Positions 17,460-27,430 of a stretch of DNA of 36,943 nucleotides are shown here, one piece after another (position 1 is the first letter of the stretch; the number at the start of each line of letters is the position of its first letter). Location of the stretch: assembly GCA_031416315.1 (NCBI GenBank), contig JANOTL010000050.1, forward strand, positions 1 to 36,943, read 5' to 3'. A program made the position numbers and the translations under genes. The stretch comes from Pseudomonadota bacterium. Its GTDB lineage: Bacteria; Bdellovibrionota_B; Oligoflexia; Oligoflexales; CAIYRB01. The notes below the pieces were generated by a model. The model was not told the DNA's origin, made no database searches, and worked only from the letters and a program-made list of their open reading frames with translations.

Positions 17460-18560
17460 TCAGCTTCCGGCGCAGGTCCCGTCGAGCACATTGCCCCAGT
17501 GAGCGCCGATGTCGGGCAGCTCGTTGAAGCGGTCGACGCCGAATGCGCAGTGCGCCGCCATGCGCGGGCCGCTGAAGACGCATGAGTGTCCCTGGCCATT
17601 GGACCAGTAACCACCGGAGCCGATACGGTAGCACTTGTTCGGCAGACGGCAGCCGCCTTGCACCGCGTTCGCGCCGTGATCCGCGCGCACGGTCAGCGCG
17701 TTGAAGTCGTTCGTGCCGCACTGGTCGCCGAGGAAAGGGACGGGGGGCACGCCGCAGGATTGGCCCGCGCCGTTGGACCAGAAGCCGCCGCCGCCCACGC
17801 GGTAGCAGCCGGCCGCCAGGTTTTGCGGCGTCGCCGGCGACGGCGACGGCGCCGCGCCGCTACCGTCGCAGGGGCCGTCCAGCGCGTTGCCCCAATGGCT
17901 CGTCAGCGCGGGCAGCTCGTTGAACTGCGCGACGGTCTTGCCGCCGCAGTGTTTCGGCATGTTTTCGCCCAGAAAAACGCAGGAATGGCCCTGGCCGTTC
18001 GACCAGAAGCCGCCGCCGTCGATGCGGTAGCACTGCGATGACAACGCGCAGCCGCCGTCGAGAACGTTCGCACCGTGGTCCTTGCGCTCGGGCAGCGAGT
18101 CGAAGGCGACGTTGCCGCAGGTGGCGCTGAAGAAAGGAATCGGCGGCACGCCGCACGAATGGCCCGCGTCGTTGGCGAAGAAGCCGCCGCCGCCGATGCG
18201 GTAGCAACCGGTTGCGAGCGATTCTCCGACTGGCGTCGTCTGATCCGCCGCGGGAGCAGGCCCCGCGCCGGGAGCCGGCGCGTCCGGACTAGTGGGAGTG
18301 TCGGGCGCGTCGTTCGCCGGCGTGGCGGGTGAGGACGTCGCGCCGCCGGCGTCGTCTTCGGCCGGCGTTTCGCCCGTCCCCTTGTTCTTCTTTTTCTTCT
18401 TCTTCTTCGCGTCGGCGTCATCGTCATCGTCGCCGGCACTAGCCTTGCTCGCCGGACTGGCGCCGTTCACCGATTTCTTGGCTGCAGGCGCACCGCAGCC
18501 TTGGCCGAGGACGAGAATGGCGGAGCCGACGATGGTCAAAATGTAGCGACGCAGGATCAT
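17460..18560 (-). CDS. Lipoprotein with four tandem Cys-rich repeats of about 55 aa
   Basis: Lipobox GQG-C; Asp5/Lys7 block and Pro/Ala linker; four copies of CYR[IV]xxGG[FY][FW]xNxxG[HQ]SC...C...FxxL...H[GW]xNxxxGxC. Confidence 0.85.
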   Translation of the reverse strand: MILRRYILTIVGSAILVLGQGCGAPAAKKSVNGASPASKASAGDDDDDADAKKKKKKKNKGTGETPAEDDAGGATSSPATPANDAPDTPTSPDAPAPGAGPAPAADQTTPVGESLATGCYRIGGGGFFANDAGHSCGVPPIPFFSATCGNVAFDSLPERKDHGANVLDGGCALSSQCYRIDGGGFWSNGQGHSCVFLGENMPKHCGGKTVAQFNELPALTSHWGNALDGPCDGSGAAPSPSPATPQNLAAGCYRVGGGGFWSNGAGQSCGVPPVPFLGDQCGTNDFNALTVRADHGANAVQGGCRLPNKCYRIGSGGYWSNGQGHSCVFSGPRMAAHCAFGVDRFNELPDIGAHWGNVLDGTCAGS

Positions 18561-18650
18561 CACCGCTCCGACAAGAGGTGAACCTCTTATCGGAGACGTC
18601 GCGCCTAGTCTTGACGACGGCGCGAGGCAAACCGAAATCGTGAGCCGGAT

Positions 18651-19637
18651 TTAAGGGTTAAGGTCGAGGGCCGGCCCAGGCTTGCCGCCGCAGCTCATGC
18701 GGATGCGAAAGCCCTTCGGCGGGTTATCGACCGAGTTGCCGTTGACGCAGGCGCCGAACGGATCGTCAGCGGCCTCCGAGCATTCGTAGCTCTGCTTGTC
18801 CGGGCAGTCGTCCGCCTTGATCAGGCTCACGACGTGGCGGCCTTCGCCGTCGGTGATGGCGCGCAGCTTCATCGGCTCGTAGCCGGCGGGCACGCCCCAA
18901 AAGAACATCGTGAGGATCGGTCCGACGTGCTCCGCGCAGCGCGCCTGCACGGAGAGGTACTGCACGCCGAGGGCCAAGAGGTCTTTGTCGACGGTGAAGC
19001 TGCCGCTGCCGGCGTCGCAAGCGGTCCAGAAAGGGCTCGTGCGGCTGTCGTAGCTGCATTTCAAGCTCGGCTCGCAGCCCAAGGCGCGCGCGGCCGCATC
19101 GTCCGCGAACCGGAAGCGCGCCGTGAAATCTTCGGTCATCTTCACGATCTGGCCGTTGGCGAAGGCGGGATCCGACACCTCGAGAGCCAAGGGGCTCTTG
19201 ACCTCGCCGTCGGGGCCGGCCTGGTTTTGGGGCTCGACCGTGAAGGTCGCGGAGGCGCCGAACGCCACTTTTTGGCCGTTCACGAGCGCGATGAGATTGA
19301 TCTTGTGGTCGCCGGCCTCCGGTCGCGAGAAAAGCGCGCCGTCGTGGCAAGGCACGAGCGGCCTCGCGTCCAGGTCACACTCGAGCAAGGCTCCTGGCGG
19401 CACGCCGGCGAGACCCAGAAGGAGGCCGTCGGGACGCAACTCGACGCGGACGACGACGACGCCGCCTTCGGAGCTCTTCGCCTCGACCGGCGCTTCGTCC
19501 ACCGGCCGCTGCGGCAAGGTCGGCTCCACGGCCGGGTCCTCGCCGCTCTTCTTGGTCACGAGCTTTTCCAGCTTCGTGCAGCCGAAGCTCGCCGCCAGGG
19601 CGAAGACGAGGAACGGGACGGTCAGGGGGGGGCGCAT
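18651..19637 (-). CDS. Lipoprotein with Cys-paired Ig-like repeats
   Basis: Lipobox SFG-C; repeated patterns LECDLD..PLVPC, LKCSYD..FWTAC and YECSEA..PFGAC. The start could be 19637, 19646 or 19649. Confidence 0.75.
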   Translation of the reverse strand: MRPPLTVPFLVFALAASFGCTKLEKLVTKKSGEDPAVEPTLPQRPVDEAPVEAKSSEGGVVVVRVELRPDGLLLGLAGVPPGALLECDLDARPLVPCHDGALFSRPEAGDHKINLIALVNGQKVAFGASATFTVEPQNQAGPDGEVKSPLALEVSDPAFANGQIVKMTEDFTARFRFADDAAARALGCEPSLKCSYDSRTSPFWTACDAGSGSFTVDKDLLALGVQYLSVQARCAEHVGPILTMFFWGVPAGYEPMKLRAITDGEGRHVVSLIKADDCPDKQSYECSEAADDPFGACVNGNSVDNPPKGFRIRMSCGGKPGPALDLNP

Positions 19638-19683
19638 GCGGACCATCATACCATCAGATGGAGAGTCGAGGAGGCGTCTGGCG

Positions 19684-21051
19684 TTAGGAGTTGGGGGTCG
19701 CCGTCTCGCTAGCGACGTTCTGGCCCTTCGCCTTCGCCGGGACCTTGAGGACGTAGCCCTTGGGAAGGAAGCCGTTGCCGCGCAGGACGGCGCGCGAGAT
19801 GTCCGGATTCAGGCTCGAGATGTCGGTCAGGCTGATCTTGTACTGCTTGCGGAGCATCTGGATCGAAAGGGACTTCGAAAGGCGCACGTTGTCGAACGCG
19901 AGCGCGTCGACTTTCGGCACGTCCGGGAAGAGGCGGTCGGAGTCCTTCAGGGTCGCGAGCATGCCGAGGTAGCTGGCGTAGAAGTTCTTCGAGGCGAAGC
20001 CGAAAGACGGGCCGTAGTAGCGGTTGATCAGGGTGACGATGTCTTTCGAGCCGGTGGCGCGCATCGCCTTGCGGATGCCGCCGACGCCGTGGTTATAGGC
20101 GGTGATGGCCAAAGGCCAGCTACCGGTCATCGCGTAGTTCATCTTCAAGAGCTTGGCGGCCGCGCGGCTGGCCTTGATCGGGTCCTGACGCTCGTCGACG
20201 CCGGAGTGCATTTTCAGGTACTGACGGCCGGTCGCCGGCATGATCTGGTAGACGCCCGAGGCGCCGACCTTGGAGTATGCCGCGAGGTTGAACGAGGATT
20301 CGACGTAGGCGAGGCGGGAGATCTCGACGGGGATGCCCTGCTCCTTGAACTCGAGCTCGATCGAAGGCAGATACTTCGGGCCGACGGTGAGGCCGCTGGC
20401 GATGAAGTCGCGCTGGCCGCGCTGGAGGCGCAAGGTGCGCGCCGCGATCAGGTACTTGTCGCCGTCTTTGATGTGCGCCATCGAGCGCGAAACGCGCTTC
20501 ATCGCCGGGGAAAAGCGGGATTCATCGTTCCGCGTGCGATGCATCTGCAGGAACATCTTGCTGTAGCGGTCGCGCTGCGACTCCGCCACGGCCTTGATCA
20601 TGTGCTCTTTGCGCACGTCGCCGACCGTCTTGCCGCTGCGGGAGGCGTCGTAAGCCTCGACCACGACCTCAGGGTACTGCGACAAGTGCATGACGTATTG
20701 ATCTTTGCTCCATACGGAGTAAATGCGACGCCAGAAATTGAAGCGGCGCGCGATCTCTTCGGGCGCGGTGAACGTCTCGCTGATCTCGTACTCCTCGCCG
20801 TCGGCGGCGAGCGCTTTGTCGGTGCAGTGCAAAGCGAGGATGCCGACCGTGCCTTGATTCTTCAGGTGCATCGGCACGCACTCGTCGCTATCGGCTAGGC
20901 TCTTGGTCTTCGCGTCCAGCTGGACCGCGTCCTGATCCAGGTCGGCGAAGCTCGGCGGCGCGGGGGCCGTCTTCTTCGCTTTGGCGATCGCCGGTTGGGC
21001 CGAGAGGGTGATCCCGGCGAACAGCATCGTTTTGATCAGAGTGAGCTTCAT
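19684..21051 (-). CDS. Lytic transglycosylase (SLT domain, MltD-like) with C-terminal LysM-like region
   Basis: YVESSFN (catalytic Glu), GASGVYQIMPATG and AITAYNHG; C-terminus ISSLNPDI...LPKGYVLKVP; start ATG 21051 with GAGG SD. Confidence 0.92.
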   Translation of the reverse strand: MKLTLIKTMLFAGITLSAQPAIAKAKKTAPAPPSFADLDQDAVQLDAKTKSLADSDECVPMHLKNQGTVGILALHCTDKALAADGEEYEISETFTAPEEIARRFNFWRRIYSVWSKDQYVMHLSQYPEVVVEAYDASRSGKTVGDVRKEHMIKAVAESQRDRYSKMFLQMHRTRNDESRFSPAMKRVSRSMAHIKDGDKYLIAARTLRLQRGQRDFIASGLTVGPKYLPSIELEFKEQGIPVEISRLAYVESSFNLAAYSKVGASGVYQIMPATGRQYLKMHSGVDERQDPIKASRAAAKLLKMNYAMTGSWPLAITAYNHGVGGIRKAMRATGSKDIVTLINRYYGPSFGFASKNFYASYLGMLATLKDSDRLFPDVPKVDALAFDNVRLSKSLSIQMLRKQYKISLTDISSLNPDISRAVLRGNGFLPKGYVLKVPAKAKGQNVASETATPNS

Positions 21052-21339
21052 CGTCAAAGACCTCAATACAACGGGAGCGGGGAAAAGGAGCGGGAGCCAC
21101 GAGCGAGTGGAGCGGGAACGGGATCTTCGCCGAGCGCCTCAAAGCAAGACGCGTTCCGTCTCTAAGCCGGTGATCCGCCGTCGAAACGCGGCGTTTTTAC
21201 CTGGTTTGCCGGCGGCTCTCGCCGACGCCCGTCAAAACCGTGGTCACCCAGTCAACCGATTGGCGCCCTCCCGCCAACCGTCCGACGTTCCCTACAATGG
21301 AGATATCCAGTTTTTGACGCGAGTGACGCAGGAGGTCGT

Positions 21340-22341
21340 GTGGCCACGAATAAGTATACGGGCGCGCAAAAGGCGGCCATCCTGCTGCTCTCGTTCGGCG
21401 AGGACGTCTCCGCCGAGATCTTCAAGAACATGACGGAGTTCGAGATCAAGCGCATCGGCTCGGCCATGAGCCGCCTCGGGCGCCTCGAGCAGGAGATCGT
21501 CGACGAGATCATCCTCGAGTTCTACGAGATCCTGCAGCAGAACAAGAAGTTCTTCTACGGCGGCAACGAGTTCACCATGAAGGTGATCGGCTCGGCCTTC
21601 AAGGGCGGCGACGCCGAGGAGCTGATCGATCAGCTGCAGCTCGGCTCCGCGGCGAACCTGGACTCCCTCGAGCTGATCGACCCGCGGACGCTCTCGACCT
21701 TCATCCGAAACGAGCACCCGCAGACCATCGCTTTGATCCTCGCGCACCTCGACGCCAAAAAATGCGGCGAGACGCTGAAGCTCCTGCCGGAGTCCTTGCA
21801 CACCGAGATCCTCCTGCGCATCGCCAACCTCGACGCCGTGGCGCCGGAGATCATCGACGAGATCGACGACGTGCTCCGGAACGAGATCCAGGCCATGGGC
21901 TCGATCCACACCCAGAAGATCGGCGGCGTCGAGCCGATCGCCGAGATGCTGAACCTGATCGACAAGGCGACCGAGGAGCAGATCCTCGACAACCTCGAGG
22001 AGCGCGACCCCGACCTGGCCGAGCAGATCCGCCAGCTGATGTTCACCTTCGACGACCTGATCAAGATCGACGATCGCGGCATCCAGGAGCTCATCAAGGG
22101 CGTCAACAACGACAAGTGGAAGGTCGCGCTCAAGACGGCCTCGGAGGCGGTGCGCGAGCTCGTCTTCAAGAACATGTCGGAGCGCGCCGCGAAGATGCTG
22201 CGCGAGGACATGGAGGCGATGCCGGCGATCAAGCTCTCCGACGTCGAGACCATCCAGTTCGAGGTCGTGCAGATCGCGCGGAAGCTCGAGGAGGAGGGCA
22301 AGATCATCATCGCCAGCGGCGGCGAGACGGCGTTCGTGTGA
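21340..22341 (+). CDS. fliG: Flagellar motor switch protein FliG
   Basis: TGAQKAAILLLS, EHPQTIALIL, GGVEPIAEMLN, MFTFDDL and NMSERAAKMLREDME; AGGAGG SD before a GTG start. Confidence 0.96.
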   Translation: MATNKYTGAQKAAILLLSFGEDVSAEIFKNMTEFEIKRIGSAMSRLGRLEQEIVDEIILEFYEILQQNKKFFYGGNEFTMKVIGSAFKGGDAEELIDQLQLGSAANLDSLELIDPRTLSTFIRNEHPQTIALILAHLDAKKCGETLKLLPESLHTEILLRIANLDAVAPEIIDEIDDVLRNEIQAMGSIHTQKIGGVEPIAEMLNLIDKATEEQILDNLEERDPDLAEQIRQLMFTFDDLIKIDDRGIQELIKGVNNDKWKVALKTASEAVRELVFKNMSERAAKMLREDMEAMPAIKLSDVETIQFEVVQIARKLEEEGKIIIASGGETAFV

Positions 22342-23654
22342 CGGCCTTCCGGGTGTGCCTCGGGCTCTTCCTCGCGACGGCGGCGACTCCCGCCGCCGCG
22401 CAGGGAGACCTGTTCTCGCTCTTCGGCACCGGCGCCGAGGCGAAGGCGCACGCCGGCGCGGGGCAGCTCCACAGCCGCGAGGCGCCCGCCATCTACTACA
22501 ATCCGGCGAACCTCACCGTCGAAGAAGGGCCGGCGGCGAAGAAGCCGAAGAAGGGCGCCAAGAAGAAAAAGCCGAAGCGCTCCATCGCGGCCCCGTACTT
22601 CGAGCTCGACGTCCTGTCGCTCAGCTACACCTTCCAATATCCGAAGAGCGAGGACTACGATTTCGAGGCCGTCGAGGTCGCGAAGACGACGCCCGTGCCT
22701 TTCTTCGGCGCGACCGTGCGCCCCATCCCGCATCTCGGCGTAGGCGTCTCTTTCCTGCCGCTACCCGGCGACTCCGCCGCGCAGAAGATCGAGAAGCTCC
22801 CGTCCCGCGACCTCGGCGCCGACCCGATCTTGGTCGACGCCACGACGAGCGGCGAGGGGCTTGGCTACCGATTCGCGCTCGGCGCCGCCTACGAGCTTTT
22901 GGGTATGGTCTCCGCCGGCGCCAGCATCCAAATGACCAAGGGCAAGACGATCACCGAGGCCTCGAGCCATGACGACGGCGCCTCGCTCCTGAAAGACACC
23001 CGCGAGAATAAGACGATGCAGTTCCTGATCGGGACGCGCGTCGATCTCCTCAACGACCGTCTGTCTGCGGCGTTCACGCTGCGCCTGCCGCAAAAGGCGA
23101 CGACGACGGGCGAGTCCGAGATTGCCGCGCTCCCCGGCGAGGTGATCGACAAATCGATCGAGAAAGACGGCCCCATGGGGCTCGGCTTCGGGGCCACCAT
23201 GAAGGTCTGGAAAGAGCTCGCGCCCTATGTCGAGGTCTTCTACGAAAATTGGGCGAGTCTCGCCGATCAGGAAGAGGACTCCGGCCTCGGCAAGGCCAAG
23301 GTCGACTACCTGAGCACACTAGACATCAAGCTCGGCGCCGACTACGGCTGGCGCGGCATGCGCTTCAACGCGTCGTTCGGCCTTTATCCGTCGCAGCTCG
23401 GCGACGGTTTCATGAAGATCGAGACTGAGGACGAGGAGAAGGTCGGCTACAACTTCAAGACCCTCGACGCCATGCCGCACAAGATCTTCGCCGCCGGCTG
23501 GCGCAAGGGTTTCCTCGAGGGCGAGCGCCTGATGGTGCAAACCGGGGTCTCGTATCTGACTGGCTCGCGCAGCGTCGGCGAGAAATCGCGCGGGTACGGC
23601 GAATATGAGATGAGCATCTTTCAGCTGATCGCCGGCGGGTATTTCCGCCTCTAA
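22338..23654 (+). CDS. Outer-membrane beta-barrel, FadL/OmpP1/TodX-like, 438 aa
   Basis: GTGA overlap with the fliG stop; signal peptide; FGTGAEAKAHAGAG...AIYYNPANL hatch motif; amphipathic strands; ends GGYFRL. Confidence 0.8.
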   Translation: MTAFRVCLGLFLATAATPAAAQGDLFSLFGTGAEAKAHAGAGQLHSREAPAIYYNPANLTVEEGPAAKKPKKGAKKKKPKRSIAAPYFELDVLSLSYTFQYPKSEDYDFEAVEVAKTTPVPFFGATVRPIPHLGVGVSFLPLPGDSAAQKIEKLPSRDLGADPILVDATTSGEGLGYRFALGAAYELLGMVSAGASIQMTKGKTITEASSHDDGASLLKDTRENKTMQFLIGTRVDLLNDRLSAAFTLRLPQKATTTGESEIAALPGEVIDKSIEKDGPMGLGFGATMKVWKELAPYVEVFYENWASLADQEEDSGLGKAKVDYLSTLDIKLGADYGWRGMRFNASFGLYPSQLGDGFMKIETEDEEKVGYNFKTLDAMPHKIFAAGWRKGFLEGERLMVQTGVSYLTGSRSVGEKSRGYGEYEMSIFQLIAGGYFRL

Positions 23655-23704
23655 CCCGGAGCCGCCATGAACCACCTCCAAGTCGCGCTCCGGCCGGCAA
23701 AGAG

Positions 23705-25327
23705 TCACGGCACGGGACGCACCACATCCCTCAAAGCCGCCAAGAACTCCGGAAACGCCCCAAACCGCCCATCTCCCGAAACCGGAAACGCCACCCTGAG
23801 CCGTTGCCGAAACCGCTCCGGCTCCAACTCCAACTCCGTATCCGCCGGATAAGCCTTCCTAAGCGCCCCCGCATCCACCCCGGCCCAAATGCTCACCATC
23901 GCCTCGACGTCCACCTCGATCCCGCCGACGACCGCTTTCCCGGCCCGCACGACCGGAAAGACGTTGGTGATCCGCCCGCTCAAGGTCTGCTCGACCGTCT
24001 GCTTCGCCGCGGACGCCAGCACCAAAGAGTCGGCGCACACGAACACGCCGTACCCGTCGAGCGGCAATCCCACCCGATCGTGCGCCGCCTGAAAACCGCG
24101 CATCGCTCTCGCCACGCTCTCGAGCCAGCTTTTCGCCGCGGCGGTGCTGTAGCCACTGAACGTCTCGATGCGCTCGTGCATCGCACCGCTCCACGACGTG
24201 TCTTTCTCCGAGCGCGGCCGCCAGTAAGACCCGATCCCCGGATGCGCCTGATCCGGCAGTCCTAGATAGTAACGCACCTCGGCGAACCTTTTCCCGTCGC
24301 GGTGCACCATGAGCCCGATCTCGCCGTGCTCCGCCGGGATCCGTACCACTTCGCCGTCGACCTTCGCCGCGATCCAGAGGTTCGCCCGCACCGGCCGGAA
24401 AGTCTGCCCGTCCTCGCTGTAGCTCACGCCGAAAAAATCGGCCACGACCCGCGTCGAGAAAATCTCGACCGTGTAGCCCTGCGCCTCGAGAAGCGCCAGC
24501 AAGTCCTCGTATGAACGCACGGTCGAATGGCTCGCGTCATCCGCGTCGTCCGCCCCGAAGCGCAGGCGCAGCTCGACCTCGGCCTTCGGCGCCGCCGGAT
24601 GCCCAACGGTATTCGCGAGCCGGCTCAGGATCCCCGCCAGCTTCACCGCGTTGTCGTGAAAGCACGGCATCACGGCGCGGTCGATGAGCTCGTGCCCGCC
24701 GTAAAGCCCCGCCTCTTTCAGCACCGGCGCGCGCGAAGGATTCGGCGCCGCGCAGCCATTTTCGGCCAACGTGACCATCGCCTCCGCGTTCTCCGCCGCA
24801 TGCGGCGGATAGGCCAAAGGCGGCGAAGGCTGCAAGGTCGGCTTCGCGGCCTCGAACATCGCTTTTTGGATCTGCGGAATCGCGGCGAGCGGCACCGTCG
24901 GAAACCGGTCGAGCTTGCGCGGGTCGCTCTCGAGCATCTCGTCGAGCCGCGTCGCGAGCTGCGCGTAGAGCGCATCTCCTGCAGCTCCGGCGAACCACTC
25001 CCGCAGAAACTCCGGCCCGAGCCCGAACGACTGCTCGAAAACCGCCGGAAGCTCGGCGCCGCCCAGGCTCGTCGCCGCCAGGCGCAGCACCTTGGTCAGC
25101 ATCGCGACGCGCGCGGCTCGCCCGCCGGGCCCCATCCCCAAGCGCTCCCAAACCTCCGACGGCTTCATTGAGGCCGCCGTCTCGACGTCCGCACGGGCCG
25201 TGAAGAGCTGCGTCACCAAAGACCCGCCGGGGCCTAAGGACTCACGCAGCTGCGAGTGCGCCGCAGCGCGGCAGCCGCTCGCGGCAGCGAGAGCGCAAGC
25301 CATCGAAAATACAGGTAAAAGTCGCAT
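23705..25327 (-). CDS. Hypothetical lipoprotein, 540 aa
   Basis: GGAGG SD before ATG 25327; lipobox ASG-C; no domain recognised. Confidence 0.75.
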   Translation of the reverse strand: MRLLPVFSMACALAAASGCRAAAHSQLRESLGPGGSLVTQLFTARADVETAASMKPSEVWERLGMGPGGRAARVAMLTKVLRLAATSLGGAELPAVFEQSFGLGPEFLREWFAGAAGDALYAQLATRLDEMLESDPRKLDRFPTVPLAAIPQIQKAMFEAAKPTLQPSPPLAYPPHAAENAEAMVTLAENGCAAPNPSRAPVLKEAGLYGGHELIDRAVMPCFHDNAVKLAGILSRLANTVGHPAAPKAEVELRLRFGADDADDASHSTVRSYEDLLALLEAQGYTVEIFSTRVVADFFGVSYSEDGQTFRPVRANLWIAAKVDGEVVRIPAEHGEIGLMVHRDGKRFAEVRYYLGLPDQAHPGIGSYWRPRSEKDTSWSGAMHERIETFSGYSTAAAKSWLESVARAMRGFQAAHDRVGLPLDGYGVFVCADSLVLASAAKQTVEQTLSGRITNVFPVVRAGKAVVGGIEVDVEAMVSIWAGVDAGALRKAYPADTELELEPERFRQRLRVAFPVSGDGRFGAFPEFLAALRDVVRPVP

Positions 25328-25378
25328 ACGGGCCTCCGCGATCCTTATCGGCGGATTTCCCAAGCGTTTGAGGGAAAA

Positions 25379-27390
<2,012 letters not shown>

Positions 27391-27430
27391 GGCCGGGAAA
27401 GCTTAGTCGCTCCCCGCGCAAAGGACAATG

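Noticed and set aside
19625..19632. C8 run in the signal-peptide region of the Ig-like lipoprotein as a phase-variation tract
   Set aside because: The frame is intact and an 8-mer of C/G is not rare enough at this GC content.
21762..22337. N-terminal extension of the 630-aa ORF overlapping fliG
   Set aside because: Arg-rich off-frame read-through of fliG; the signal peptide begins at GTG 22338.
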